Source: an uncultured bacterium
GTDB lineage: Bacteria; Armatimonadota; Abditibacteriia; Abditibacteriales; Abditibacteriaceae
DNA: 64,000 bases
Direction: 5' to 3'
NCBI GenBank assembly: GCA_963843795.1
Contig: CAWJLW010000006.1
Location: 3,112,375-3,176,374, forward strand
Shown here: positions 21,593-35,760 of the stretch, piece by piece
Layout of the letters: each line of letters opens with the position of its first letter
Position numbering within the stretch: the stretch's first letter is position 1
Position numbers and translations under genes: made by a program
The notes under the pieces: model-generated
The model's input: the letters and a program-made list of their open reading frames with translations, nothing else
Database searches by the model: none
What the model was told of the DNA's origin: nothing

Positions 21593-22864
21593 ATGCCCAT
21601 CACACAACAAATACCACCCGCTCCGTTCGTGCGTTCGCGTCCAAACGTCACGAATTTGAGCCAATTGGTGCGCGCCGATTTTCCGATTTTGTCGCAAACC
21701 GTCAACGGTCAACCGCTGGTTTATCTCGATAACGCCGCCACTACGCAAAAACCGCGCGCGGTTATCGAACGTATGACGCAATATTACGAATCAGAAAACG
21801 CCAACGTGCATCGCGCCGTCCATGAACTTTCTGCACGCGCCACGCGCGCTTATGAAGACGCGCGCGAAACTTGTCGCGGCTTTATCAACGCAAAAGAAAG
21901 CGCTGAAATCATTTTCACGCGCGGCACGACCGAAGGCATCAATTTGGTGGCCGCAACGTGGGGCCGCAAGTACTTGCAGGCGGGCGATGAGATCATTATC
22001 TCAACGCTGGAGCATCACTCGAACATCGTGCCGTGGCAATTGCTGTGCGAAGCAGCCGGCGCAATTTTGCGCGTGATTCCGATCAGCGATGCGGGCGAAG
22101 TGAATTTGCAAGCCTTCGCAGATTTACTGAATGCGAAAACCAAAATCGTCGCCATCACGCACATTTCCAACGCGTTGGGCACGATTAATCCGATTGAACA
22201 CATCATCGAAATGGCGCACGGCGTGGGCGCGAAAGTTCTGATTGATGGCGCGCAAAGTGTCGCGCACACGCCCATTGATGTGCAGAAAATGAACGCCGAT
22301 TGGTTCGTATTTTCTGGGCATAAATTGTGCGGGCCGACTGGCATCGGCGTGTTATATGGCAAGCGCGAATTGCTGGAAAGTGCGCCGCCGTATCAAGGCG
22401 GCGGCGATATGATCGCCAGCGTTTCGTTCGAGAAAACGACTTATAACGCGTTGCCGTTCAAGTTTGAAGCGGGCACGCCGAATATCGCGGGCGCAATTGG
22501 CCTGGGCGAAGCGTGCAAGTACTTGCAAGGCATTGGACTGGCAGAAATTGCGGCCTACGAAGCGACGTTGTTGGAATATGCCAATGAAGCGGTCAAGGAA
22601 ATTGAAGGTTTCAAAATTATCGGCACAGCGCGCGAGAAAGCGGCAATCATGTCGTTTATCGTGGACGGCGCGCATCCGAACGATATTGCGGAATTGATTG
22701 ACCAAGAAGGCGTGGCGATTCGCACCGGACACCACTGCACGCAGCCGCTGATGGAGCGTCTGGGCGTGACATCAACGGCGCGCGCTTCGTTGGCGTTTTA
22801 CAACACGACCGAGGAAATTGACGCGTTTGTGCGCGCGGTCAACAAAGCATTGAGGATGTTATAA
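21593..22864 (+). CDS. sufS: Cysteine desulfurase SufS
   Basis: YLDNAATTQKP, EHHSN, FSGHKL, RTGHHC. Confidence 0.96.
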   Translation: MPITQQIPPAPFVRSRPNVTNLSQLVRADFPILSQTVNGQPLVYLDNAATTQKPRAVIERMTQYYESENANVHRAVHELSARATRAYEDARETCRGFINAKESAEIIFTRGTTEGINLVAATWGRKYLQAGDEIIISTLEHHSNIVPWQLLCEAAGAILRVIPISDAGEVNLQAFADLLNAKTKIVAITHISNALGTINPIEHIIEMAHGVGAKVLIDGAQSVAHTPIDVQKMNADWFVFSGHKLCGPTGIGVLYGKRELLESAPPYQGGGDMIASVSFEKTTYNALPFKFEAGTPNIAGAIGLGEACKYLQGIGLAEIAAYEATLLEYANEAVKEIEGFKIIGTAREKAAIMSFIVDGAHPNDIAELIDQEGVAIRTGHHCTQPLMERLGVTSTARASLAFYNTTEEIDAFVRAVNKALRML

Positions 22865-22866
22865 AC

Positions 22867-23271
22867 ATGGAAAACAACACAGTCAACGCGATTATGGACG
22901 ACATCAAAGATGCGGGCGATGCGCCTTCACCGGACAACTTTTACGGCACGACGAGCGGGCCGCAGGACGAAATTTTGAAGGCGCGCATTATCGAAACGGT
23001 GTGCACGATTTACGACCCGGAAATTCCGGTTAATATCTACGAATTGGGTTTGATTTACAAATTGGATGTCGCGCCCGGCGGACGGGTGCGCGTCGAAATG
23101 ACCTTGACAAGTCCGGCGTGTCCGGTCGCGGAAACCTTGCCGCCCGAAGTCGAAACCAAAATCGCGGGCGTCGAAGGCGTCAGCGATGTGAATTTGGATT
23201 TGGTGTGGGATCCGCCGTATTCGATGGACATGATGAGCGAAGCGGCGCGGCTGCAATTGGGTTTGTGGTAA
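22867..23271 (+). CDS. sufT: SUF system DUF59 protein (SufT-like)
   Basis: DPEIPVNIYELGLIY, MTLTSPACP, VWDPP. Confidence 0.88.
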   Translation: MENNTVNAIMDDIKDAGDAPSPDNFYGTTSGPQDEILKARIIETVCTIYDPEIPVNIYELGLIYKLDVAPGGRVRVEMTLTSPACPVAETLPPEVETKIAGVEGVSDVNLDLVWDPPYSMDMMSEAARLQLGLW

Positions 23272-23702
23272 TGAACGAAACGACGATGACACAAGAAGAA
23301 TCCGCGCAGGAATTGGTCGAAGCATTCGCCATGTTCGACGATTGGGAAGATCGCTATCGTTTTTTGATCGACTTGGGCAAGCAACTGCCGCCCTTGGACG
23401 AAAGCCAGAAAGTGGAAGCCAATAAAGTTCACGGCTGCCAGAGCAATGTGTGGCTAATTGCCGAGAAGCAAGCCGATGGCACGATTGATTTCATCGCCGA
23501 TAGCGATTCGAGCATTGTGCGTGGCTTAATTGGCGTTTTGCGCGAAGTTTATGCGGGCCGCAAAGCACGCGAAATTACCAGTTTCGATGTCGGCGCGTTG
23601 TTTGGCGAACTGGGTTTCGACCAACATTTGTCGATGGGACGACGCAACGGTTTGAACGGCATGGTGACGCGCATTCGTGAGTTGGCGGCGCGCGAAAATT
23701 GA
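23271..23702 (+). CDS. sufE: SufE family sulfur acceptor
   Basis: DWEDRYRFLIDLG, VHGCQSNVW, DSDSSIVRG; TAATG overlap with the previous gene. Confidence 0.92.
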   Translation: MNETTMTQEESAQELVEAFAMFDDWEDRYRFLIDLGKQLPPLDESQKVEANKVHGCQSNVWLIAEKQADGTIDFIADSDSSIVRGLIGVLREVYAGRKAREITSFDVGALFGELGFDQHLSMGRRNGLNGMVTRIRELAAREN

Positions 23703-23718
23703 TGTGTGGGAAATGACG

Positions 23719-23750
23719 AAAGCGCTCTGCAAGTACTTGCAGAGCGCTTT
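23719..23750. terminator. 32-bp perfect palindrome; bidirectional terminator
   Basis: aaagcgctc-core-gagcgcttt between convergent sufE and the surface-protein gene. Confidence 0.72.
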
Positions 23751-23835
23751 TTGCTTTAGTTCGCACGATACACGAATCGATGAGTAAAATCTCGAGGCAT
23801 TCGTGGCGCGCACGTCAAAGGTGATATTCCGCCAC

Positions 23836-26800
23836 TCACGCGTTGGGTGCGGTAGTTTGCACGATTTGAATTGCCGCCTGTCGCTGCGTCATTTTGCCCG
23901 CGTTGTTGAGGGCGCGCGCTGTAATGAGGTAAGTTCCCAGTTTCAATTGTTCGAGCGTGGGAATTTTCACCGCCGTGCTTTGGTCGGCTTTCCAATGGCC
24001 ATCGGGTGCTAATTCGGCAGGGAAGCGCGCCGGAGCGCTGGTGAAAGCTGTGCCATTCCAGAACGCGTTGTCGCTCACGCGCTGCAACACCAGTTCAACT
24101 TGCTCGGCATCGCGGGCACGACCAGCAATCGCATCCAAACCAAGTAGCGGCGTGGCGGCATCGAGATCGGCGGTTTCGCTATTCGATGTTACCGGCGCAT
24201 CGATGCGCAGTTGCGGCGCGTTGCTTTCAATTGTGACGCGGTTGATGATTCGGCTCACATTGCCGCTGTTATCGCAGGCGGTGACGCGCAGTTGATAAAC
24301 GCCCTCCAGCAAATCGCTGGCGCGGTCGCTGCCCGGTTGCGGCAACGTGCCTTCATATTTCCAGCCAATGCCATCAACGGTTAGCGGCAATTCGGTCAAT
24401 GCAGCAACCCACTCACTGCCGTTCCAGAAGGCGCCGTCGAAACGACGCCACAGCAAAGAAATGGATTTCACGCCAGAATTGCGGTCGCGCACTCGGCCTT
24501 TGATTGCGCTAATCGTTTCACCAGTCGCGCCATCTTTGGGCGTATCGAAGCTCAGTTCGGGCGCGAGACGGTCGATGACGGTGAGGCGCACGCGCGCAGT
24601 CGCGGTGCTTTGGCCGTTGTCCAATGTGTAGGCAAATTCATCGGTGCCCACGAAACCGGAGCTGGGTAGATAAAAGAAGCTGCCATCGGCGCGCACTTGA
24701 ATGCGCCCGTTTTTCGGATTAGCCGCCAAACGCACGCTGAGATTGCGATTCTGAGCGTCGCTGTCGTTGCCCAAAACGCCGGGCGCGCCGATTTGAAAAA
24801 CGCCAGTCGTCAGCAGCGTCACTTCGGGCGATTGCGCTTGCGAAGGCGGGCCGTAAATCAAAGTGTAGCTGTCATCGCGCGCAACGGGCGGCGTGGCAGG
24901 TGGTGCGTCAACGGCGCGCACGGTAGTTGTAATAGTCGCCGGTGCTGAATCGCTCTGTCCATCGTTGGCGACGAATGAGAAGCTGTCGCTGCCACTATAA
25001 TTATTGGTTGGCGTATACGTCAGATTCGGAATTGTGCCGCTCAAAGTGCCGTGCGTGGGCGCCGTCACCAAGCGATACGTCAAATTCGCGGCAGGCGTAT
25101 CGGCATCAGTGGCTTTCAAGACAATGGTAATCGGCGTGTTCTGGTCGGTCGTCACACTCTGCGCTTGTGCAACCGGCGGTTGCCCGCCGGATGGCGGCGC
25201 AGTGCCCGCAAGTACTTGCAGGTGAATTGTGGCCAGATTGGAATCGCTATTACCATCGTTAATCACAAATGCGAACGAATCGGGGCCGAGAAAGTCGGAT
25301 TTTGGCGTGTACGTCAGGTTGGGAGCCGTGCCCGAAAGTGCACCGTTTTGCGGCGGAGTCACGATGCGATAGATCAGGTTTGTCGGTGGCGTATCGCTAT
25401 CGCGTCCGGTCAGAGTAATGGCCAGCGCCGTGTTTCTCGGCGTGGTACGGCTTTGCTCGTCGGCGACCGGCGAAGCGTTGCCCGGCTGCGGGCTGTCGTT
25501 GTCGACAATTGCCAAAGTCGCGGAAATCGGTGCGCCCAGGCCCGCGCCGCCGCTTGCGTTGCTGAGTGTCAAATTCACGGTTTCATCGTTTTCGACGACT
25601 GCGTCGTCAGTGATGGGAATCGTGAAAGTCGCGCTGCTTTGGCCAGCGGCGAAGTTGAGCGTGCCAGAAGTACTTATGTAATCGCTGCCCGCGATGGCAG
25701 TGCCGTTGTTCGTCGCGTAGTTCACGCTGACTGCGCCATCAGTGCCGCCGCTGCGCGAAATGGTGATTGTCGCGTTGCCGCTGCCTTCCTGCGCGGCGAA
25801 ATTCGGCTGCGCGAATTGGAGTCTTCCAGCAAATTGCACCAGCAGCGCGTTGGAAAATTCGCTGGTGTCGCGCGTGGTGCCATCGGTCGCGGTTGCTGTA
25901 ATGAATTGGCCCGCGCTCACACCAGAAAGCGGAAACGCGAAAGGCGCGTCGCCGCGAAAATCGGTGGTCACGTTGGCCGAACCGAGATACTTTTCGCCTT
26001 CACCAAAACCGCTGGCACTGGCGACGCTGTTGGAGTAGAAATCGAGCGCGAAGCTGAGATTGGGCGAACTGTTGAACGTGCCGGTCACGCTCGTGGTGGT
26101 GCCACTTTGCGTGATGGCCGACAGCGTAGGATAGTTTTGCCCGTTGTTCGGGCCGGCATCGGGATCGTTGTAATCGTTGGACGTGACCTGACCGCCGGTT
26201 TCGCCGGGCAGCACCAAATCAATACCCAGTTGGGTGTTGCTGGAAATGCTGTTGCCGAAAATCTGGTTGCCGCTGCCGCCGGTTATGGAAACGCCGTTGC
26301 CGGTGTTGAAAGCGATGGTGTTGCCCGCACCCGCAGCCGAGCCGCCGAGCGTGCTATTGGCGGCGCTCGAAGTGATACCGTTGCCAGTGTTGCCCAGCGC
26401 TGCAGCGCCCGAAGCGTCGGTGCCGATAAAGTTGCCTTGAACCAACGGATTCACCGCAGTGGCTGTCAAGACAATGCCACCGCCGCCATTGGCCGAAATC
26501 ACGTTGCGCGCGCCCAACGCCGTGCCGCCGATGATGTTGGCGCTCGCGTTAGCGATGGTTACACCGTTCATGGCGTTGCCCAGCGCGGCGGTGCCGGTGG
26601 CATTGGTACCAATCAGATTGCCTTGCACGCTGCTATTGGATGCACCGTTGATTGCAATACCGTTTCCACTGTTGCCAGAAATTAGGTTGCCCGCACCGGG
26701 CAGCGTACCGCCGATGGTGATGCCGTTATTAGTGATGCCATCATCCCTGCGAGCAAGGATGCCCCCAGATGCGTTGGCCAGCGCAGCGGTGCCACTGGCA

Positions 26801-28030
26801 TTGGTTCCGATAAGGTTACCCTGAATCAGAGTGTTTGAGGCAAAGTTGTTAAAAATCCCAAATTCGCCATTGCCAGAGATCAGGTTACGCGCCGCTGGCG
26901 AGATGCCACCAACCAGATTGTCGTCGGCGCCAACTACCAAAACCACGCCGGATATAGCGTTGCCCTGCTCCAGAGTCCCGGTGGCATCGGTGCCGATAAA
27001 GTTGCCCTGCACCACATTATTGCTCGACCGCAAGATGATGCCAGCGCCAGAACTGGAGCTGGTAAAGCGATTGATCACCAGACCCTGCACGACACTATTG
27101 CCGCCCCTGAGAGTTAACGGAAAAGAGATGCCTCTCAGCTCAATTTTCAGCAGCGCGTTGGTGCCGACAGCCAGCGTGTTGGGCGTCGCGCCCGGCTGTG
27201 TATATCCGTCGATAATCACTGGCTCGGCGACATCAGGTGGCGCGGAAGCAAGCGTGATTGTTTGCACGCCGCCACCGGGGATGTTGAACGAAATCGTATC
27301 GGCAACGACAGGGTTCGCGTTGGTGTTGGCCGCAACTATCGCTTCGCGCAGCGAACAATCGGCGTCGCATACACCATCGTTGGTATCGGCAGTTTTGGTG
27401 ACAACAAAACTTTCCGGCAAACCAGCCACTGTGACGGAGTAAGTCGCGCCGACATTGGTCGCGGGATCAACTGCGTGAATCGCCAGGACGACGGTTTGCG
27501 CTGCGGGAAGGGTAAACGAAAACGTCACCGGGCCAGCACTGCCCGGAAGCACACTGTCACCCGCATCGGCCAAATAATTAGCGCTGATGTTAGTCGGATC
27601 GAAGTTGCCCAGATACGCCACGGCGAAGAGGCCCGCGCTCGCACCAGCCGGTGAGTGTGTAACTCACACTCACGCAGGCATCTGTAGTGCTGCTGGCATT
27701 AATGATTTGATACGAATCGTAACTGCGCACGCCAGTCGTGGTGCTCAGCCCCGGAAACGCTTTGGGAGTACCACAGGTGCTGGCAATGCCGTTGCGGAGG
27801 AGGCGTCCGGTTTGCGTGCCGCTGGTTCCAGGATAAGTTACGCTGTTGCTGCCCAGCGTGCCGCTAAAAGTCGTAGCAGCGCGCGCTTGTGGCGCGCTCA
27901 ACGCAAAGGCGAAAATCATCGCCAGCAGCGCAAGTACTTGCAGCACGTGCGGTGCAGTTTTTGTCCAACTCGTAAGCTGGACAGTAGATGCAGTGCGACG
28001 GTGCGGCACAGACAATTCTTTCATTCTCAT
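23836..28030 (-). CDS. Large secreted surface protein (CSLREA, beta-helix repeats, Calx-beta, Ig-like 9/cadherin-like), +1 indel near 27649
   Basis: DCSLREAI; repeated GNFIGTDA/NLISGN; TATxAGSDY-like Calx-beta; PPQNGALSGTAPNLTYTP. The signal-peptide ORF (ATG 28030, SD GAGGAG) joins the main ORF if one G is removed. Confidence 0.82.
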
Positions 28031-28475
28031 TACCAACTCCTCGAAACCTAAAATATCGACACCGAATTTTGGAATTTTTACGCCACTATTGTGCACTCGC
28101 AGCGTCACAGAATCGTCACAAGATTCGCATTCAAGAATTTTTTCAAACACCACACCACTAAACGCCCACAAGCTTCACATAGCTACAAACGCCGTCCATC
28201 ACAACACTTATAATATCATAGAAAAATTTAAATAAGCGAGTTAAGCTGTTCTATACGAACTAAAAAATGCGCAGCAGGGACTTGCAGCGCGACTTTGAAG
28301 TAGTTGTTATTTGACATCAACAACTCTTTAATATTAAGAATTTAGGCGCAACAAAATTACATTGGGACATGACTGATACCACAAGGCCAATGAGTGATGT
28401 CTTGGTTTCGTTTCAAATTGCCTGAAATAAGGCATCCCGCGCGATTTGAGCATAATATTGAAATTCGCCACAAGC

Positions 28476-28513
28476 CAAAACGCCGCCTGCAAGTACTTGC
28501 AGGCGGCGTTTTG
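28476..28513. terminator. 38-bp perfect palindrome downstream of tyrS
   Basis: caaaacgccgcc-core-ggcggcgttttg. Confidence 0.72.
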
Positions 28514-28556
28514 AGCTTTTGAAGATTTTAGTGTCATTGCGACTAAGCGACAGCTT

Positions 28557-29765
28557 TTATTGAATTTTCAAGCGTGCCCATTTACGTTTGCCCATGCGCA
28601 GCAGCGCGCCATCGGCAATCGTCACGTTTTGCAGCGCGTCTTCGACTTTTTCGTCGTCCAACGCGACTGCGGCCTGACTGACCATGCGACGCGCTTCGCC
28701 GCCCGAAACGCCGAACGCGGTTTTCAGCAATTCTAAAATCGAGGTTTCGGCGCTTTCGATTTCTACCTCAGGAATATCGTCGGGAATTTCTTTGCGCGAA
28801 AACTGTTTCTCGAAACTTTCGCGCGCCTGATTCGCCGCGTTTTCGTCGTGATAAATTTTCACGATTTCTTGACCCAAGCGCTTTTTCGCTTCCATCGGAT
28901 GACCGGCCAAAAGTTGCTCGACTTCATCCAAAGAAACATCGGTGCAAAGCGTGAAATACTGACGCATCGCTTCGTCGGGAATGCTCATGGCTTTGCCGAA
29001 CATTTCGGTCGGTGCTTCATTGATGCCGATGTAGTTGCCCAAACTTTTACTCATTTTCTGCGCGCCGTCCGTCCCAACTAAAAGCGGCAGTAACATCACG
29101 ACTTGCGCTTCCTGTCCATCGGCGCGTTGCAATTCGCGCCCGACCAGATTGTTGAAGCGCTGATCGGTGCCGCCAAGTTCGACATCGGAGCGAATTTCGA
29201 CCGAATCTTGACCCTGACACAAGGGATACAAAATTTCGTGCAAACCCAGCGGTTTATTTTCCGCCACGCGCCGCCCGAAATCTTCGCGTTCCAGCGTTTG
29301 CGCGACCGTATATTTGGCGGCGAGTTCGATGACTTGGGCAAAATTCATCTGATTGAGCCAATCGCCGTTGAAGTGAATCACGGTTTTGCTTTCGTCGAGA
29401 ATGCGAAACAGTTGTTCTTGATAAGTGCGCGCGTTATCGCGGACTTGCTCGCGCGTTAATTGTGGACGCGTTTTGCTTTTGCCGGTCGGGTCACCAATTT
29501 GTGCGGTGAAGTCGCCAATAATCAAGTGCGCGACGTGTCCTAAATCTTGGAACAAACGCAATTTGCGCAAGACGACGGCGAATCCGAGATGAATATCGGG
29601 CGCGGTCGGATCGAGGCCGAGTTTGATGCGCAAAGGTTCGCCGGTCGCAGCCGATTTTTGCAGTTTATCGCCGAGTTCGGCGCGCGAAATGACAGCGTCG
29701 CAACCTCGTTCGAGCTGTTGAAGCGCGGCTTCGATTTGTGGTGAGTGGTTTGCAGGTTCATTCAT
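28557..29765 (-). CDS. tyrS: Tyrosine--tRNA ligase
   Basis: GLDPTAPDIHLG, GGTDQ, KMSKS, C-terminal S4 domain. Confidence 0.96.
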   Translation of the reverse strand: MNEPANHSPQIEAALQQLERGCDAVISRAELGDKLQKSAATGEPLRIKLGLDPTAPDIHLGFAVVLRKLRLFQDLGHVAHLIIGDFTAQIGDPTGKSKTRPQLTREQVRDNARTYQEQLFRILDESKTVIHFNGDWLNQMNFAQVIELAAKYTVAQTLEREDFGRRVAENKPLGLHEILYPLCQGQDSVEIRSDVELGGTDQRFNNLVGRELQRADGQEAQVVMLLPLLVGTDGAQKMSKSLGNYIGINEAPTEMFGKAMSIPDEAMRQYFTLCTDVSLDEVEQLLAGHPMEAKKRLGQEIVKIYHDENAANQARESFEKQFSRKEIPDDIPEVEIESAETSILELLKTAFGVSGGEARRMVSQAAVALDDEKVEDALQNVTIADGALLRMGKRKWARLKIQ

Positions 29766-29815
29766 AGCGCCGCTTATTTTAGCAAACTGCACTGCAAGTA
29801 CTCGCAGGACATTTT

Positions 29816-30577
29816 ATGACCGAATTCCAACCGCCTTCGCCGCGTCAGATTAAAACTATCGACAAATTGCTCATCGAGCAATATGGTTCGCGCACACCGC
29901 ACGCGCGCGACCCGTTGGACGGGCTGATTCTTATTATTCTTTCGCAAGCCACCAACGACGTGAATTGCGACCGCGCTTTCACTTCGCTAAAAAACCGCTT
30001 TCCCGACTGGGAGCAAGTACTTGCAGCGACCGATGACGAAGTCGCTGATGCGATTCGCAGCGGCGGTTTGGCCAATCAGAAAGCCGCGCGCATTCGGCAA
30101 TTGCTGCGCGAAATCAAAGCAGATCACGGCGCGCTAGATTTGAGTTGGATGCACGAAGCCAGCGCCGAAGATTGCGAAAGTTACCTGCAAAAATTTCACG
30201 GTGTCGGCCCAAAAACTATCGCGTGCGTGCTGGTGTTTTTCCTCAATAAGCCCGCGTTTCCCGTCGATACGCACGTTTTGCGCGTGTGCAAACGCTTGGG
30301 CTGGCTGCGACCGAATGCCAGCGCCGATGAAGCGCATCGCGTTTTGCGGAAAGCCGTTCCCGACGAATGCAAGTTGAATTTGCATGTGAATTTAATTTCG
30401 CACGGACGCGCGATCTGTCGCGCGACTGGAAACGGCGGCCCGAAATGTGGTGCGTGCTTTTTGCGCTCCCGTTGCGCTTATGGAAAAGCACAAAAAATTC
30501 CACGCGCGACTGAAAGTGCGGACAGCAAAGCGTCGAAAATCGGGCATGGCGGCGATTTTTTCGTCACGGTCGAGTGA
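29816..30577 (+). CDS. Endonuclease III family HhH-GPD glycosylase
   Basis: ILSQAT, GVGPKT, FPVDTHVLRV, C-terminal Cys cluster. Confidence 0.9.
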   Translation: MTEFQPPSPRQIKTIDKLLIEQYGSRTPHARDPLDGLILIILSQATNDVNCDRAFTSLKNRFPDWEQVLAATDDEVADAIRSGGLANQKAARIRQLLREIKADHGALDLSWMHEASAEDCESYLQKFHGVGPKTIACVLVFFLNKPAFPVDTHVLRVCKRLGWLRPNASADEAHRVLRKAVPDECKLNLHVNLISHGRAICRATGNGGPKCGACFLRSRCAYGKAQKIPRATESADSKASKIGHGGDFFVTVE

Positions 30578-30610
30578 AAATAGCGCTGCAAGTACTTGCA
30601 GCGCTATTTT
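30577..30610. terminator. 34-bp perfect palindrome overlapping the trmB stop codon; bidirectional terminator
   Basis: aaaatagcgc-core-gcgctatttt fills the whole gap between convergent genes. Confidence 0.72.
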
Positions 30611-31227
30611 TTTGCGAACAAACCACAATAAATTGGCAAATCGCGATTTTCAACCGAAATTTCGCGCTCGGTTTTTACATTGAACGGATTTTCGGCGTTT
30701 TCGATGCGCTGCAAACGAGGATGCGCGCTTAATAAACCGAACATTTCTTCGGCCAAAAATTCGACATCACTTTGTACCCAAATCGTGCCATCAGCGCGCA
30801 AATGTTGCACAATTGTTTCGATTAATTCTGGGTTGAGCAAGCGGCGCTTGGCTTGTTTTTTCTTGTACCAGGGATCGGGAAACTGAATCGTCACGCGTTG
30901 CAGGGTTTGCGGCGGCAGTTGCTCGAAAAGCGCACTCAAGCCCAGCGTGGCATTGCAAAATTCGAAATGGAGATTATCCAGATTGCGTTGCACTTTAAAT
31001 TCGTTAGCGCGTTCGGTCAATGGCTCACGAATATCAACGCCAAGAAAATTCCATTCGGATTGCGATGCGGCCATGGCAATGAGAAATTGACCGCGACCGC
31101 AGCCCAAATCAAGCAGCAATGGTAATTGGGGACGGCGAAAAACTTGCTCGATTTGCAATGGCGCGGGCGGTGTGCGATAAAAAAGAGCGAGCGGATTGAC
31201 GTGCTGACGGATTTTGATTTTCGACAT
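30604..31227 (-). CDS. trmB: tRNA (guanine-N7)-methyltransferase
   Basis: IRQHVNPL, LDLGCGRG, FPDPWYKK, TERE. Confidence 0.93.
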   Translation of the reverse strand: MSKIKIRQHVNPLALFYRTPPAPLQIEQVFRRPQLPLLLDLGCGRGQFLIAMAASQSEWNFLGVDIREPLTERANEFKVQRNLDNLHFEFCNATLGLSALFEQLPPQTLQRVTIQFPDPWYKKKQAKRRLLNPELIETIVQHLRADGTIWVQSDVEFLAEEMFGLLSAHPRLQRIENAENPFNVKTEREISVENRDLPIYCGLFAKK

Positions 31228-31422
31228 AAAAATTCGAGACCGCGAACGCGCTTCAACGCCTCACGAAATATTGAGTTAACAATTCTTTGATAACATAAAG
31301 CGGCATTTTCTGCTCTGCAAGTACTTGCAGGAACAATTTTTCTGCGTAATTCTCGGCGCACTCTGCGCGAAACTGGAACTGAGTTGCGAGAAAACGGACG
31401 GCAACGCAAACTGAGGATGATA

Positions 31423-34254
<2,832 letters not shown>

Positions 34255-34267
34255 ATTACTCTATGGA

Positions 34268-34396
34268 TTCACCGCAAAGGACGCAAAGGACGCAAAGATT
34301 TTTAAAGAGTGAGAATTGAACCCGCTGTTGGCTGCAAGTACTTGCAGCGCGATTTTCTCTCAAAATCTTTGCGTCCTTTGCGTCCTTTGCAGTGAA
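34268..34396. repeat. 129-bp element with 35-bp terminal inverted repeats made of tandem 9-mers, enclosing a core palindrome
   Basis: ttcaccgcaaaggacgcaaaggacgcaaagatttt (34268-34302) matches the reverse complement of 34362-34396 with one mismatch. Confidence 0.88.
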
Positions 34397-34417
34397 ATTT
34401 GAAAAAGGCTTTTAATT

Positions 34418-35755
34418 ATGGCTAATCAATTCACGCTGCCGCCGATGGGCGATATTACATCGGGCACCGTCGCCAAAGTTCTGGTCAACGAAGGCGATAC
34501 AGTCGCAGAAGAAACACCGGTTTTAGAACTCGAAACCGATAAAGCGGTGCAAGAAGTTCCCTGCACCATGAGCGGAACCGTCGGCAAAATTCTGGTCAAA
34601 AGCGGCGACCAAATCGAAGTCGGCACGCCAATTTTTGAAATCAGTGGCGGCGATTCCAATGGCGCGCCCGCCGAAGCCGAGAAAACTGAAGCGCCCAAAG
34701 AAAGCGCTCCCGCCAAAACAGAAGCGCCCGCAGCTTCGAGCAACGGACAAGCCGAAAAAGCTCCGGCTCCGGCTGCCAGCACATTGAACGGCGAGGCGAC
34801 CAAAGCGCCGAGCGCGCCACAGTTGGCCGAAGTCGCGCAGACCGGCTTGATTCCCGCTGCGCCGAGCGTGCGCCGTATCGCGCGAGAAATGGGCGTGAAT
34901 ATTCGTCAGGTTACAGGCAGCGGCCCCGATGGACGCATTTCGGTCGGCGACATCGAAATGTTTAAAACCGGCGGCGCACCGCAAGCCGCGCCCGCAACTA
35001 CTGGCGTTGGCGGTTTACTACCGTTGACTTTGCCGGATTTCGCCGAATTTGGCGAGATCGAGCGCAAGCCGCTGAGTGGCATTGGCCGCGCGACTTCCGA
35101 TCAAATGCAGCGCGCGTGGAACCATGTTCCGCACGTCACGCAGTTCGATAAAGTCGATATTACAGAAATTGAGAAGCTGCGCAAAGCCAACGCGAAGCTG
35201 GCCGAAGACGCGGGCGGCAAGCTAACCATCACGGCGATTATGCTGAAAGTTTTGGTCGGCGCGCTGAAGAAATTTCCCAATTTCAACGCTTCGATTGATA
35301 CTCAAAGCAACGAAATTATCTTCAAGAAGTATTTTCACATGGGCGTTGCGGTCGATACGCCGCACGGTTTGCTGGTGCCGGTGATTCGTGACGTGGATCG
35401 CAAGAGCATCATCGAACTTTCGGTCGAACTGGGCGAAATCGCTGGCTTGGCGCGCGAGCGCAAATTGGGCCGCGAGCAGATGAGCGGTGGCACGTTCACG
35501 CTCACCAACTTGGGCGGTATCGGCGGCACGCAGTTCACGCCGATTGTGAACGTGCCCGAAGTCGCGATTCTGGGCTTGTCGCGCGGCGTCATGGAGCCGG
35601 TTTGGAACAAAGACAGCGAAACCTTCGAGCCGCGCTTACTGATGCCGTTGAGCTTGAGCTACGACCATCGCGTGATTAACGGTGCCGATGGCGCGCGCTT
35701 CACACGTTTCATCGCGCAATCGCTGGAAAACCCGTTCCTGATGGCTTTGTATTAA
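34418..35755 (+). CDS. aceF: Dihydrolipoamide acetyltransferase E2
   Basis: One lipoyl domain (ETDKA), AAPSVRRIARE, SYDHRVING. Confidence 0.93.
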   Translation: MANQFTLPPMGDITSGTVAKVLVNEGDTVAEETPVLELETDKAVQEVPCTMSGTVGKILVKSGDQIEVGTPIFEISGGDSNGAPAEAEKTEAPKESAPAKTEAPAASSNGQAEKAPAPAASTLNGEATKAPSAPQLAEVAQTGLIPAAPSVRRIAREMGVNIRQVTGSGPDGRISVGDIEMFKTGGAPQAAPATTGVGGLLPLTLPDFAEFGEIERKPLSGIGRATSDQMQRAWNHVPHVTQFDKVDITEIEKLRKANAKLAEDAGGKLTITAIMLKVLVGALKKFPNFNASIDTQSNEIIFKKYFHMGVAVDTPHGLLVPVIRDVDRKSIIELSVELGEIAGLARERKLGREQMSGGTFTLTNLGGIGGTQFTPIVNVPEVAILGLSRGVMEPVWNKDSETFEPRLLMPLSLSYDHRVINGADGARFTRFIAQSLENPFLMALY

Positions 35756-35760
35756 TTTGT

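Noticed and set aside
28170..28440. AT-rich stretch as replication origin or ncRNA
   Set aside because: No DnaA-box cluster or recognisable RNA fold; most simply the promoter region of the surface-protein gene.
29766..29815. T-box leader for tyrS
   Set aside because: Only about 50 bp separate tyrS from the divergent gene, and no T-box sequence is visible.
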